From: a candidate division FCPU426 bacterium
GTDB taxonomy: Bacteria > Oederibacteriota > Muellerivitia > Muellerivitales > Muellerivitaceae
DNA: 64,000 bases
Assembly: GCA_963771075.1 (NCBI GenBank)
Contig: CAVYSE010000009.1
Coordinates: forward strand, 79,383-143,382
Direction: 5' to 3'
Under the pieces are notes generated by a model. The model was given only the letters and a program-made list of their open reading frames with translations. It ran no database searches and had not been told where the DNA came from. Positions within the stretch are counted from its first letter, which is position 1; every line of letters begins with the position of its first letter. The translations under genes were made by a program, and so were the position numbers. Shown in pieces: positions 51,880 through 64,000 of the stretch.

Positions 51880-52750
51880 TCAGCTACCCAAGGATTGCAG
51901 CAATGCCCTTCGCATTTCCTCAATAGGGTGCCTTTCGTCCGGTCCAAAGCTCAAAGGAGAGCGCTCCCTGGTGAAGCAGCATCCCTAACCCATTTTTAAA
52001 AGGCACCTTCAGCTTTACCGCTTCTTTTAAAAAATCCGTTTGGCGGTGGTAAATTAAATCAACCACCCAGGACGCAGAAGACGCCTTTTTGATGGAAAGA
52101 GGAGAAGGATCCCCATCTTTCAGGCCAAGGGAAGTTGCTTGGATAATCCAATCGCAATTTCCCATGCTGTTTTCTCCCTCTTTTAAAGTCATACATCCGG
52201 TTTGAAACTTTGGAAATTCCCGGCGGAGAGCATCCCATAGGCCATGGGCTTCGCGGGCGTCCCAGTTGGCGATTTTGAGGGATTTAACCCCCGATCGAGC
52301 CAAAGCGTACCCAATTGCCCTGGCCGCCCCGCCAGCTCCAACGAGCATACCATTACTCCCGCCTAAACCTTTTCTCCAATTTCCCAGCGATCTCAAAAAA
52401 CCTTCCCCGTCGGTGGAAGTTCCGTGGAGTTTTTTCCGCTTCTTATAAATGGTATTTACAGAATTCAAGCTGCGAGCCGCAGGATCTACCTGATCCAAAT
52501 GGGCGAACGCCAAGGTTTTAAGTGGCACGGTTACGTTGGCGCCCCGCACATTCTCATTCCGAAGCGTTTCAATGGTGCTTTTCATGCGTTGAGGGTCCAC
52601 ATCGAGGGGCACATAGACACAGGGAATCTTCATTTTGCGCAAGGCCGCATTTTGAAAAATAGGCGACAAGGAATGTTCAACGGGATGACCGAAAATAAAG
52701 ATGATCTGTGTGGATCCTGTTATATTCGCGGGTGGGAAGGTCAATTTCAT
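51880..52750 (-). CDS. aroE: shikimate dehydrogenase (extra base near 51927 truncates the last helix)
   Basis: GHPVEHSLSP, GANVTVPLK, SVNT, TDGEG, GAGGAA, GLGMLLHQGA; removing one C gives APIEEMRRALLQSLGS-stop at 51880. Confidence 0.93.
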
Positions 52751-53514
52751 TCGGAACTCCTTTTGGGAAGTAACCGGTCGCCCAGTTCGTATTGAATCAT
52801 GGCCACCACCACTAGGCCGGCGGTTTCGGTACGAAGGATGGGTGTGGGCAGATGCACCGGATGAGCCCCTCGTTTTCGGGCTTCCTGAATCTCATCCGGG
52901 GACCAACCGCCTTCCGGTCCAACCAATGCCAATACTCGGTCTACCTTCGGATGGGATTCTAACACTGTTCGAAGAGTCGGAGCTTCCTTTTCATAGGGAA
53001 TCAAGACAAGATCAAATTCCCCAAATTGTTCCAATCCCTGATCCCAGTCTCGAATGGGATCGAGAACCGGGACATCATTTCTTCCACATTGACGACAGGC
53101 CTCCGCCAAAATTTTTAACCACCGCTCCCGCTTATGATCAAATTGGGCTTCTTCCGGGCGGGAAACGCTTCTATGAGTGACTAAGGGAATGAATCGATGA
53201 ACCCCTACCTCGGTTCCCTGACGGAGGATTAAATCAAACTTAGCCGCCTTTGGCAGACTCTGTCCCAAGGCAATTTGCCGAGAACGCTCCCCAGATTCTA
53301 AAATTTCCCCAGTTTTTTTGACGCGAATTCGTTTGGCTTCGGTGCTCATGATCCGTAATTGAAAAATCTTTTGCTTTCCGTCAAATCCAATCAATTTATT
53401 CCCTATCTCCAATCTTAAAACCTGGGAAAGATAATGGGAGGTGGGCTCGTCCAAAACCATCTCATCGACTTCGGAAATGCCATCCGGCAAGAAAATGCGG
53501 GGAATGTAACTCAT
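52747..53514 (-). CDS. rsmE: 16S rRNA (uracil1498-N3)-methyltransferase
   Basis: [37 protein letters not shown]. Confidence 0.95.
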   Translation of the reverse strand: MSYIPRIFLPDGISEVDEMVLDEPTSHYLSQVLRLEIGNKLIGFDGKQKIFQLRIMSTEAKRIRVKKTGEILESGERSRQIALGQSLPKAAKFDLILRQGTEVGVHRFIPLVTHRSVSRPEEAQFDHKRERWLKILAEACRQCGRNDVPVLDPIRDWDQGLEQFGEFDLVLIPYEKEAPTLRTVLESHPKVDRVLALVGPEGGWSPDEIQEARKRGAHPVHLPTPILRTETAGLVVVAMIQYELGDRLLPKRSSE

Positions 53515-54668
53515 TTTTTTCGTGAGAAAAGATTTTTCATCTTGGTCAAAAACTTGGACATTTGGGGTGTGTTGCTTTCCGTGGTGGCGGCCGCGAATTC
53601 CTCAAGAATCTTCTTTTGCTTGGTACTTAAATCGGTTGGTGTTTCTACCGTGATCACTACCAAGAGATCCCCCACCTCATCCGTATTGGGAGTTCGTAAT
53701 CCTTTTTCCCGAAGACGGAATATTTTCCCCGACTGGGTTCCAGCGGGGATCTTCATGTTGACGGATCCTTCTAATGTTGGCACCTCAATCTCCGCCCCTA
53801 GGGCCGCCTGGACAAAACTGATCGGAATGGAGCAATGCAAATCCGAACCGTCCCGTTCGAAAAAATCATGGTCCTGAACATGAAGAAAAATATAGAGATC
53901 GCCCGCCGGCCCGCCATTCAACCCGGCCTCGCCTTCACCACGAAGCCTAAGGCGGGATCCCTCATCCACCCCGGCTGGCACTTTCACGGATACGGTTCTT
54001 TCTTTCTCAACTCGTCCCTGTCCGTGGCAGGCGGGACAGGGGCTCCCCGGCATCTCACCTTGCCCGCCACACTTGGGGCAAGTCCTGGCAATGGCGAAAA
54101 AACCCTGCGACTGCCGAATCTGACCCGTTCCCTTGCATTGGTTGCACACGACCCGTCCCGAACCCGCCTTGGCGCCGGACCCATGACAGGTGTCACAAGT
54201 CATTAGTTTTCGGATCCTCACTTCTTTGGAAGTGCCGAAGGCCGCTTCCTCAAAAGAAAGGGTCAGGTCATGTCGTAGATCATCCCCTTCTTGCGCCTGG
54301 TTTCGGGAACGCCCCCGGCCCTCGGCCCCAAAAAAATTGGAAAAAACATCCCCGAAAATATCCTCAAAATCCGCAGCTCCGTTGAAGTCCTGGGCTCGAA
54401 ATCCGCCTGGGCCATACCCACCCGGGGCAGGCCCTCCCATTCCCACACCCGCATGTCCAAACTGGTCATAAGCGGCTTTTTTTTGGGTATCAGAGAGAAT
54501 CTCATAGGCCTCATTGATTTCCTTGAACTTCTCTTCCGCCTCTTTGTTATTTGGATTGGCGTCAGGGTGGTATTTTTTTGCCATGGTGCGGTAGGCTTTT
54601 TTTAATTCATCCGCAGTGGCGCCCTTGGAAACCCCCAAAAGTTCGTAATAGTCTTTTTTCGATGCCAT
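53511..54668 (-). CDS. dnaJ: molecular chaperone DnaJ
   Basis: J domain with HPD, G/F region, four CxxCxGxG repeats, C-terminal domain. Confidence 0.97.
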   Translation of the reverse strand: MASKKDYYELLGVSKGATADELKKAYRTMAKKYHPDANPNNKEAEEKFKEINEAYEILSDTQKKAAYDQFGHAGVGMGGPAPGGYGPGGFRAQDFNGAADFEDIFGDVFSNFFGAEGRGRSRNQAQEGDDLRHDLTLSFEEAAFGTSKEVRIRKLMTCDTCHGSGAKAGSGRVVCNQCKGTGQIRQSQGFFAIARTCPKCGGQGEMPGSPCPACHGQGRVEKERTVSVKVPAGVDEGSRLRLRGEGEAGLNGGPAGDLYIFLHVQDHDFFERDGSDLHCSIPISFVQAALGAEIEVPTLEGSVNMKIPAGTQSGKIFRLREKGLRTPNTDEVGDLLVVITVETPTDLSTKQKKILEEFAAATTESNTPQMSKFLTKMKNLFSRKK

Positions 54669-54994
54669 GTTTTCCTTCATGTTAAATCCAGACCCATGTT
54701 ATCGTTCACTGGAAGGGTTCGAGCGAATCAACCCATTCCAATTAAAATTTAGGAAGAATGGTTGCGCTCGGCAAGAATCCGCGGGGCTGGTTTCGTGCCA
54801 ACAAACTAACATCCCGCCGCAGTGCCGTAAAGCCGTTAAACCCATGAAAAAAAGCGAGTTTGGTCTTGCGGTCAAAAGGGCCGTTACTCTAAACTACCCC
54901 GGCTTCGATACCCCTCTACCCCTCCAGGGAAGGAAGGGTGCCGGTCCGTTTCAATTCTCTCCCTCAGAGAGTCCACTAAAAGAAGGAGGAAGTC

Positions 54995-55312
54995 ATGCCT
55001 TACGTCATTACCGAGAAGTGCCTGGGCGAGGTTTACGCGCAATGCGTCGATGTTTGCCCGGTGAATTGCATCCATCCGGGAGATTACAAGGGCCAGCCCT
55101 TCATGATCATCAATCCGGAGGAATGCACGGAGTGCACCAGCTGTTATTCCGCCTGCCCCATCGGAGCCATTGTCGAAGGCGCGGACAAAGACCCCGAGTA
55201 CGCTAAGATCAACGCCGAATTGGCACCCAGCTTCAAGAACAACCCCGCTGTTCCTACTCGTCCTGCGAATGATCCTCCCAAACGCCCGGATGTGAACAAA
55301 CTGGTCAACTAA
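54995..55312 (+). CDS. dicluster (probably 7Fe) ferredoxin
   Basis: C-x7-CVDVCP and CTECTSCYSACP; AGGAGG RBS. Confidence 0.9.
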   Translation: MPYVITEKCLGEVYAQCVDVCPVNCIHPGDYKGQPFMIINPEECTECTSCYSACPIGAIVEGADKDPEYAKINAELAPSFKNNPAVPTRPANDPPKRPDVNKLVN

Positions 55313-55323
55313 AGCCGTCGTAC

Positions 55324-55361
55324 AAAAAAGGCCCCGCCTGTGAATCAGGCGGGGCCTTTTT
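55324..55361. terminator. bidirectional intrinsic terminator between ferredoxin and thiC
   Basis: AAAAAAGGCCCCGCCTG-TGAAT-CAGGCGGGGCCTTTTT. Confidence 0.9.
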
Positions 55362-55398
55362 CATTTTCGGTTGGCTCGTAAACCGAAAAGATTTCCGG

Positions 55399-57258
<1,860 letters not shown>

Positions 57259-57293
57259 TCAGCGCGGATTGAATTGATTCTCAACGTATTTCA

Positions 57294-57322
57294 AGAATAG
57301 CCATGCCGGTTCCGAAAAGCAA
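57294..57322 (-). promoter_or_regulatory. putative sigma70 promoter for thiC
   Basis: TTGCTT-N17-TATTCT, giving a 5' UTR of about 45 nt. Confidence 0.5.
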
Positions 57323-57337
57323 CGCAACCGCCTTTTT

Positions 57338-57757
57338 TCAAGGCAGCGACTCCTCAATCTCGTAGCATTCGTAACGGATTTTTTTGAAGGTTTGGAAAGA
57401 TGAATCGTTCAATAGTTTGGAAAATTCTTCCAGGGATCGAAGGGCCTCCTGGGCCCTTTTTAAATTGGCCGTCAAAAGGTTTTGGGGGGTTGTTCTTTTT
57501 TTTTCTGACTTCTCGCGGGTTTTCCTCCCCAAATCCCCGGCCACGTCGCGGTGAAGGGTTCTAAAACCAGGCGTTTTGAACAGTTTTTGCTCCGCCCGTG
57601 TCACCGCGTGTCGGAGTTTCTTGATTCGGTTAAGTAAAATTAAATCGTTCAATAAAAAACGGGCCACATCTTCCGCTACACGAAAACCTTCCCGGGCGCG
57701 ATTACAATTTGCATCCAAGGCACGCAAAACCGTTTTTTTTTCAATCTGGGAGATCAA
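57338..57757 (-). CDS. stand-alone ThiD2-like domain (N-terminal domain of long ThiE proteins)
   Basis: RALDANCNRAREGFRVAEDVARF, RDV.GD.G, ANLKRAQEALRSLEEF. Confidence 0.82.
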   Translation of the reverse strand: MISQIEKKTVLRALDANCNRAREGFRVAEDVARFLLNDLILLNRIKKLRHAVTRAEQKLFKTPGFRTLHRDVAGDLGRKTREKSEKKRTTPQNLLTANLKRAQEALRSLEEFSKLLNDSSFQTFKKIRYECYEIEESLP

Positions 57758-57779
57758 GTGGCCCTTTCAGCCCAGTCGT

Positions 57780-58850
57780 TTATTTTTTCTTGCCGGTCGC
57801 CTTCACCGCCACGGACACGACGTTGGCGTGGAATACCGGGGAGGCGGTGGTTTTCTTACTGAACATCGGTGTGGGTTTGCCCGCTGATTTCTTGGACTTG
57901 CCCGTCCCGGCGCTTTTGGCCTCGTTTTTCTTCACCGGGGCTATGTCTTTCTTTTTGGGATCGGCTTTTTTATCCTCAACGGGAATACCCTTTTTGGCCA
58001 ACGTCTTTTCCATGCCGGGAACAGGATGTTCCGGATTCTTCGGAAAGAGGGGTACTGTCACTTTGATTGATTTGCCCTTTTGGGGTGCGCTCGAAGCCTT
58101 GGGTTTACCGTCCGAATCCAGGGCTTTTTTGGGTTTTGGCGTGTCCTCTTTCAGGAAGAGCTGGTCTTTCAAATAGGGCACGGAAGAAATTCGGTTCACT
58201 TTGGAAGCGAGATCCAGGTCCTTGGCGCAGCCTTTCCGGATCAGTTCTTTTCCGTCAGGCGATTCCTTCAGCAATTCACCGATTCGGCCCTGCCAGGGTT
58301 TATAGAGGGCGACGGCCTCCTTGGCGCTTTCCGCCAAAACAATGGGGGTAGACCCCAGCGTACTCTGGAGAAAATCCACCAGCATCCCGGCGAAAGCCGA
58401 ATCTTCCGGGTTACCCGCGCAAACAATCACCACGTCACGGTTTCCCCTCAGGCAGGAATCATAAACATCCCCCAAGTTTACGAAAGAACCCAGGATGACA
58501 TATTTTGCCCCTTGGGGAATCCTCAATGGGCTTTGGGTCGAAAGGCAGATCGTGCGATCCTTCACCTTGTCGCGGCTTGAATCGAGCGGGGACCCGCTCA
58601 TGGGAAAACCGGGGATCTTCTCCCATTCCCGCTCACCAGCCAGAAGGCCTTCCCCTCTTTTCAATTTTTCGAAATGTTTTTTGGCCGTACCCGGATCGTG
58701 GCAAAAGACCACTCCAGACGCCCCATGGTATAGGAACATGGGGATCGTGGTGGTCGCGCGCAAGACATCCACCAGGACCACCGTAGCATTCTGAACCACC
58801 GTGGGTTTCACGGCATTCGCCTCGAAATAAACGGTTATCTTCACAGGCAC
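57780..58850 (-). CDS. comB: 2-phosphosulfolactate phosphatase (ComB family) with Lys/Pro-rich tail
   Basis: VVLVDVLRATTTI, LLAGER, GSFVN, IVCAG, ED...AG. Confidence 0.75.
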   Translation of the reverse strand: MPVKITVYFEANAVKPTVVQNATVVLVDVLRATTTIPMFLYHGASGVVFCHDPGTAKKHFEKLKRGEGLLAGEREWEKIPGFPMSGSPLDSSRDKVKDRTICLSTQSPLRIPQGAKYVILGSFVNLGDVYDSCLRGNRDVVIVCAGNPEDSAFAGMLVDFLQSTLGSTPIVLAESAKEAVALYKPWQGRIGELLKESPDGKELIRKGCAKDLDLASKVNRISSVPYLKDQLFLKEDTPKPKKALDSDGKPKASSAPQKGKSIKVTVPLFPKNPEHPVPGMEKTLAKKGIPVEDKKADPKKKDIAPVKKNEAKSAGTGKSKKSAGKPTPMFSKKTTASPVFHANVVSVAVKATGKKK

Positions 58851-58890
58851 TCTCCCATCTTAGGCTGGACCGGAATTTCCGGCCTTTCTT

Positions 58891-60252
58891 CTATTCCTTT
58901 TCATCTGTTTTTTTCTTGAGGAAGTTTTCAACGAAACGAGTGGAATAATTGGCGCGTTTAAAAGACTCGCTCTCCAAGATCGTTTTTAAAAAGCCGGTGG
59001 TGGTGTGGATTCCATCCACTACCAGCTCCTCCAGGGCCCGGATCATGCGTTTGATGGCCTCTTGGCGATTCGGGGCGTGTACGATAATCTTGGCCAGGAG
59101 GGAGTCGTAATAAGGCGGGACCCGATACCCCTGGTACAGGTGGGTATCCACCCTCACTCCAGGCCCACCCGGCACATGATAGGTGGTGATGACTCCGGGC
59201 GATGGGCGGAATCCGTCCGCGGGGTTTTCCGCGTTGATGCGGCACTCGATGGAATGGCCCCGGGGCTCCAAAACATCCTTCACAATACTTAGACGCTCCC
59301 CAGCGGCGATCCGGATCTGTTCTTTGATGATATCCACGCCCATGATCAGTTCGGTAACGGGATGTTCCACCTGAACGCGGGTGTTCATTTCCATGAAATA
59401 GAACTCACCGTCTTTGGTCATCAAAAACTCAATGGTTCCCGCCGAGGTATACTTCACCTCCTTGGCGATCTTGATGGCGTATTTCCCTATTTTTTTACGC
59501 ATCCTGGCGGTTAATACGGGAGAGGGGGCTTCCTCAATCAATTTTTGGTGCGATCTTTGGACCGTGCAGTCCCTTTCTCCCAGGTGAACGATATGGCCGT
59601 ATTCATCCCCCAGAATTTGAACTTCGATATGCCGGGGTTCCTCAATGAATTTCTCGATGTAAACCTCTGGATTTCCGAAAGCCGCCTCCGCTTCGGTGCG
59701 GGCGGTTTGGAAAGCTTGGGTCAGGGACAAATCGGTATGGGCGACCCGCATCCCCTTTCCACCGCCGCCGGCTGAGGCCTTGATGATGACGGGGTATTTC
59801 ACTTTGCGGGCCACTTCCAGTGCCCTCTTTTCATCTTTAACCGGTCCGTCACTTCCCGGCGTGGTGGGAATTCCAGCCTTCTTGGCGGTCTCAATGGCCA
59901 TCACCTTATCGCCCATCATTCGCATGACCTCAGGCTTGGGTCCGATGAACTTGATCTGGCAGCTGGAGCAAACCTCAGCGAAATGCGGATTTTCCGCAAG
60001 GAAACCGTACCCGGGGTGAATGGCCTCGGCGTCGGTGATCTCAGCGGCGCTGATCAGGGCGGGAATATTGAGGTAGCTTTCCTTACTCGGAGCGCGGCCA
60101 ATACAAACACTTTCGTCGGCCAGGTGTACGTGCAGTGAATCGGCATCGGCCTGGGAATGGACCGAGACGGTCTTTATGCCCATTTCCTTGCAGGCGCGGA
60201 TAATCCGGACTGCGATTTCCCCGCGGTTGGCGATGAGAATCTTGTTAAACAT
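58891..60252 (-). CDS. accC: acetyl-CoA carboxylase biotin carboxylase subunit
   Basis: [48 protein letters not shown]. Confidence 0.97.
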   Translation of the reverse strand: MFNKILIANRGEIAVRIIRACKEMGIKTVSVHSQADADSLHVHLADESVCIGRAPSKESYLNIPALISAAEITDAEAIHPGYGFLAENPHFAEVCSSCQIKFIGPKPEVMRMMGDKVMAIETAKKAGIPTTPGSDGPVKDEKRALEVARKVKYPVIIKASAGGGGKGMRVAHTDLSLTQAFQTARTEAEAAFGNPEVYIEKFIEEPRHIEVQILGDEYGHIVHLGERDCTVQRSHQKLIEEAPSPVLTARMRKKIGKYAIKIAKEVKYTSAGTIEFLMTKDGEFYFMEMNTRVQVEHPVTELIMGVDIIKEQIRIAAGERLSIVKDVLEPRGHSIECRINAENPADGFRPSPGVITTYHVPGGPGVRVDTHLYQGYRVPPYYDSLLAKIIVHAPNRQEAIKRMIRALEELVVDGIHTTTGFLKTILESESFKRANYSTRFVENFLKKKTDEKE

Positions 60253-60323
60253 GTTTTCCTTTTTTCAAAAAACTAGGATCGGTTGCCATCGATGGGCAGT
60301 CGCTTATTGAATTTGCTCTTTCT

Positions 60324-60884
60324 TTAACTCGGATCAATGATCAGGAGGGGTTGGTTAAATTCGATCGCCTGGCCGTTCTGCACCAGGATCTTCACAACCT
60401 TGCCGGCCACTTCGGCCTTGACTTCATTCATCAGTTTCATGGCCTCAATAATGCAATAGACCTGGCCCACGGTGACCTTGTCCCCTTCCTCCACGAAAGG
60501 CTTGGCGTCCGGCGAAGGCGAACGGTAGAAAGTTCCCACCATGGGAGAAGCGAAAGTCACGGACTTGTCATTTTCAACGAAAGCGGAAGGGGCGGAGGCG
60601 GGGGTCGTGGTTACCGTGGAAATTGGGACGGCAGCCGACGGCTGGGCGGTCACCGCCATAGGCGATGTCAGGTCAAAGGGCATGCCCGGACCTTTTCGCA
60701 GGTGAATCTTGGTGCCTGCCTGTTCGAACAAGATCTCGTTGATCTGGGATTGATCCATCAGGGCGATCACGTCCTGGACAATGGAAAGCTTGGGGTTCAC
60801 CTTTATCTTTTTGGGGGACGCGGCCGGGGCTTTCTTCTTCTTTTCGGTCTTGGCGCCTTCCAATTTTTCCGGATTCGTGGACAT
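60324..60884 (-). CDS. accB: biotin carboxyl carrier protein
   Basis: SPMVGTFY, IEAMKLMNE biotinylation motif. Confidence 0.96.
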   Translation of the reverse strand: MSTNPEKLEGAKTEKKKKAPAASPKKIKVNPKLSIVQDVIALMDQSQINEILFEQAGTKIHLRKGPGMPFDLTSPMAVTAQPSAAVPISTVTTTPASAPSAFVENDKSVTFASPMVGTFYRSPSPDAKPFVEEGDKVTVGQVYCIIEAMKLMNEVKAEVAGKVVKILVQNGQAIEFNQPLLIIDPS

Positions 60885-60937
60885 CGGTCTTTTCTCCTTT
60901 TCTCAAACGGCCTAAGGCTTTACGGATAAGGGTTAGA

Positions 60938-61495
60938 CTAGACTCGCTCCAGGTATTCCCCAGTTCTCGTGTCGATCTTGATGACATCCCCCTCTTTTAC
61001 GAACAGGGGGACCTGCACGATAGCCCCGCTCTCAAGCGTAGCGGGTTTGCTGGCGCCGGAAACCCGGTCGCCCTTGATGCCGGGCTCGGAAGATACGATC
61101 TTGAGGTTCACGGTGATCGGAAGCTTCACGCTGATGGGACGGCCTTTGTAGAAAAGGACCTCAATAGCCATTTCATCCTTCAGCCATTGGTATCCCTCCC
61201 CAACTTCTTCCTCAGTCAGTTCGAGTTGTTCATAGGTTTCCGTATCCATGAACACAAACTTGTCACCTTGCTTGTAAAGGTACTGCATTTCTTTTTCTTC
61301 TACAGGTGGGTCAGCCACCTTTTCCCAGCTGTCCAGGGTCTTGTCGGTGACGGTTCCTAATTCGACATTCTTGATCTTGAGCCTGACGAACCCCCCCCCT
61401 TTGCCGGGCTTCACATGCTGGTAAGTAACGACCCTATATAGGGTTCCATCAAATTCACACAGATTGCCGGCCCGAAGATCCATCACGGTAATCAT
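60938..61495 (-). CDS. efp: elongation factor P
   Basis: HVKPGKGG, MQYLY, KPATLESG, VPLF, DTRTGEY. Confidence 0.97.
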   Translation of the reverse strand: MITVMDLRAGNLCEFDGTLYRVVTYQHVKPGKGGGFVRLKIKNVELGTVTDKTLDSWEKVADPPVEEKEMQYLYKQGDKFVFMDTETYEQLELTEEEVGEGYQWLKDEMAIEVLFYKGRPISVKLPITVNLKIVSSEPGIKGDRVSGASKPATLESGAIVQVPLFVKEGDVIKIDTRTGEYLERV

Positions 61496-61603
61496 TACTG
61501 CTCCTTGGAAAATTGTGGAATGGAAGTACTAAAAAACCCTTATTTTTGAGGTGGGTTTGTAAAATCCCTTATTTTTCAACGGTTTTAGCCAAAAAGGAGC
61601 GTC

Positions 61604-61632
61604 ATTGTAACGGAAAGGACCAGGAAGGTCAA
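61604..61632 (-). promoter_or_regulatory. sigma70 promoter for efp-accB-accC
   Basis: TTGACC-N17-TACAAT. Confidence 0.65.
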
Positions 61633-61691
61633 ACCCGAGGGAGAGGTCTTTACGAATGAATCATGCCAAATTTAATCGATTAAAGAAGAAA

Positions 61692-62087
61692 CTATCTAGT
61701 TTTCCGGGCTTTTCGGGCCTTTTCCATAAAAACATCTTTAGCGGTATACATCGCATTCATGGCGGCTGGAAAACCAGCATAAATCGCCATTTGAAGAATG
61801 ACCTCCACAATCTCATGCTGGCTACAACCCACATTCAATGCGCCCTTGATATGGGATTTCAATTGAAGGGGGGCGTTGCCCAAAGTCACCAGGGAGGCGA
61901 TGGTCAGTAATTGACGGGTCTTCAGGTCAAGCCCGGGACGAGAATAGATCTCTCCAAAGGCGAACTCAGTCACAAATTGGCCGAGTTCGGGTGATACGTC
62001 CTTCAAGCTTTCCAGGGTAGCTTTGGCCACTGGCCCATGGATTTCTTCAAACTTTTTCCACCCCTTTTTATAAAGTTCTTCTCTCAC
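61692..62087 (-). CDS. carboxymuconolactone decarboxylase family protein
   Basis: FAFGEIYSRPGLDLKTRQLLTI, HIKGALNVG, YAGFPAA. Confidence 0.9.
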   Translation of the reverse strand: MREELYKKGWKKFEEIHGPVAKATLESLKDVSPELGQFVTEFAFGEIYSRPGLDLKTRQLLTIASLVTLGNAPLQLKSHIKGALNVGCSQHEIVEVILQMAIYAGFPAAMNAMYTAKDVFMEKARKARKTR

Positions 62088-64000
62088 GGTTCACTCCCTT
62101 GGCTGTCAAAACCGGTTTCATCAATAAACCGCCGGTGCCAGAGTTCGACCAATAAAAGCCCATAAAGGATCAAGTGATGGTCTTTATGGCCCGACATATG
62201 TTCTTCGATCAACTTTTCGGTTTGGGCAGGGTTGAAGTATCCCCTATTCTTGAATTTATCCGAACGAAGCAGGTCCACCACGAGCGGTTTCAATTCTTTT
62301 CGGAACCAGGGCCCCAGGGGCACGGCAAAACCCTTCTTTTGCCGGTAGATGATTTCCTTGGGCAGGTGTTTTTCAGCCATCTTCTTGAGGATAAACTTAC
62401 CTTCCCCGTTTCTCAATTTCACGCCTGACGGTAGTCCAAAGGCGAACTCCACCAACCGGTGGTCCAGGTAGGGTACCCTGGCTTCCAGGGAGGCCGCCAT
62501 GCTCATCCGATCCACCTTGTTCAAGAGGTCATCCGGCAGCCAGGTTTTCATGTCCAAGTACAACATCAGGTTGAAATTGTCGAATCCATAGGGCTCGGCG
62601 GATTCAAATAATCTTTCCAGGGATTCCTCCACCTTCGATTGTTCCATCTCATAAAGAAGCTTTTCCCCCGCCAGTTCTTCCAGGGTGGATTCCAAGCTCA
62701 GTCGGGACCATGCCAGGTGCCGTTGAACCAGATCGGTCTTTTGAAGGGCCTGCCAAGCCTGGTGATAGGGGTCTTTCATGCCTTTCGTGAGAAACGGCAC
62801 CATCTTCCTCATCCACCCTGGCACCTTCCCCACTGGTCCCGCCAAACGGTCGAAAGAATACCGCCGATAACCACCGAACAGTTCATCCGCTCCCTCGCCC
62901 GTCAGAACCACCTTTACTTCCTGGCGCGCGAACATGGAAACCACGAAGGTGGGCAAGACCGCCGGGTCGATCACCGGGTCATCTTGGAACTTCACCAGCT
63001 TGGGGATCAGGTCATTCAACATCCGGGCGTCCACCATGATTTCTCGATGCTGGCTCTTGAGATATTTGGATACCTTTTGGGAAAATTTCAGTTCGTTGAA
63101 ATCATGTTGGTTCTCAAACCCCACCGAGTAAGTTTGCACCGGCTTTCGGGTTTGTTGGGTCATGGCGGCTACCGTCAGGGAGGAATCTAGCCCACCTGAT
63201 AAGAAAGCACCCAGGGGCACATCCGACATCAGTTGTTCTTTCACGCTCACGAAAAAACGCTCGCGCAGTTCCTCGATCCAGTTTCCCAATTTCTCGGAAG
63301 TCACCTCCTGATCCACGCGCTCGGGCCGTTTGGGCAGTTCCCAAAAAGGTTTGATAAGGATCTTGCCTTTCTGGCAAACCAGCGTATTCCCCGCCGGAAG
63401 CTTGCGCACGCCTTTAAGAAGCGTGTCAGGAGAAGGAACGTATTGAAGGGTCATCAAGGTGAGAATTTGCTTGGTGTCCACCATTCGAGGCACGGTCGGG
63501 ACTGCCAGCAAAGGCTTTATCTCCGAACCGAAAATCAGGTTCCCGTCAGCCGTGGTGTAATAAAGCGGCTTTACACCTAAGTGATCCCGGGCGATCAGAA
63601 GTTTTTGGAAGGTCTGGTCCCAAAGGGCGAATGCGAACATGCCCCTCAATTTCCCGACGAAAGCGTCACCATATTCCTCATAGGCGTGCACCAAGACTTC
63701 CGTGTCGCTGTTTGTGGCAAACTGGTGTCCAGCCTTTTCCAAGGGCTTGCGCAGTTCCAGGTGGTTGTAAATCTCGCCGTTAAAAACCACCCAGATGTTT
63801 TGCCGCTCATTGCTTTGGGGCTGGCTCCCCCCCTCGACATCAACGATGGAAAGCCGGGTCATGGCTAGGCCCACCGGGCCCCTTTGGAAGAAACCCGAAT
63901 CGTCCGGCCCCCGGTGTTTGATGGTTTCCGCCATGTCCTGAAGGTGGCTCATCTTCAGGGGTGCACCCGGCTTAAATTGGCAAAAACCCGCTATCCCGCA
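62084..64000 (-). CDS. asnB: asparagine synthase (glutamine-hydrolysing), 5' end runs off the window
   Basis: The window end reads CGIAGF (Ntn Cys); HRGPD, FNGEIYN, LSGGLDSS, TGEGADELFGGY, KVDRMSM. Confidence 0.95.
   Translation of the reverse strand, partial: CGIAGFCQFKPGAPLKMSHLQDMAETIKHRGPDDSGFFQRGPVGLAMTRLSIVDVEGGSQPQSNERQNIWVVFNGEIYNHLELRKPLEKAGHQFATNSDTEVLVHAYEEYGDAFVGKLRGMFAFALWDQTFQKLLIARDHLGVKPLYYTTADGNLIFGSEIKPLLAVPTVPRMVDTKQILTLMTLQYVPSPDTLLKGVRKLPAGNTLVCQKGKILIKPFWELPKRPERVDQEVTSEKLGNWIEELRERFFVSVKEQLMSDVPLGAFLSGGLDSSLTVAAMTQQTRKPVQTYSVGFENQHDFNELKFSQKVSKYLKSQHREIMVDARMLNDLIPKLVKFQDDPVIDPAVLPTFVVSMFARQEVKVVLTGEGADELFGGYRRYSFDRLAGPVGKVPGWMRKMVPFLTKGMKDPYHQAWQALQKTDLVQRHLAWSRLSLESTLEELAGEKLLYEMEQSKVEESLERLFESAEPYGFDNFNLMLYLDMKTWLPDDLLNKVDRMSMAASLEARVPYLDHRLVEFAFGLPSGVKLRNGEGKFILKKMAEKHLPKEIIYRQKKGFAVPLGPWFRKELKPLVVDLLRSDKFKNRGYFNPAQTEKLIEEHMSGHKDHHLILYGLLLVELWHRRFIDETGFDSQGSEP

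Noticed and set aside
51774..51947. N-terminal 58 aa of the 50007-51947 ORF as part of PilB
   Set aside because: It overlaps the aroE end and the pilB promoter; ATG 51773 has an RBS.
62084..64000. Lasso-peptide cyclase or RiPP interpretation of asnB
   Set aside because: Intact N-terminal Cys glutaminase domain and no precursor or peptidase genes in view; upstream context is outside the window.

Overview
64-kb core-genome segment of a diderm bacterium (it encodes a PilQ secretin); almost every gene is on the minus strand. It holds tRNA/rRNA modification and translation genes (rsmI, dusB, tsaD, tilS, rsmE, alaS, efp, SUI1/yciH), three tRNA genes (elongator Met, fMet, Leu-TAA), an ftsE-ftsX-envC-ctpA-yibQ envelope operon, tilS-ftsH-folE-folP-cdaA-cdaR-pdxJ, further folate genes (folB-folK fusion, pteridine-reductase-like SDR, metF), two paralogous YfhO-like (GT-C) membrane proteins, a type IVa pilus locus (pilB-pilT-pilC, pilA, pilMNOPQ) interleaved with aroE/C/K/B and followed by a TPR-roadblock fusion plus a stand-alone roadblock gene, then dnaJ, a ferredoxin, thiC, accBC and asnB. 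Several conserved genes (ctpA, envC, alaS, ftsH, aroE, possibly folP) carry 1-nt indels that look like sequencing or assembly errors. No CRISPR array, integrase or intact transposase is visible. The most unusual signals are a dispersed family of intergenic inverted repeats built from tandem 8-9-nt (and one 7-nt) units, one arm of which sits inside a coding tail; a ~110-bp IS200/IS605-end-like relic; an FtsE with degenerate catalytic motifs in an otherwise standard operon; a pilus-linked double-roadblock module; and an apparently inactivated nucleotidyltransferase-fold protein. All family assignments come from motif recognition, not database searches.
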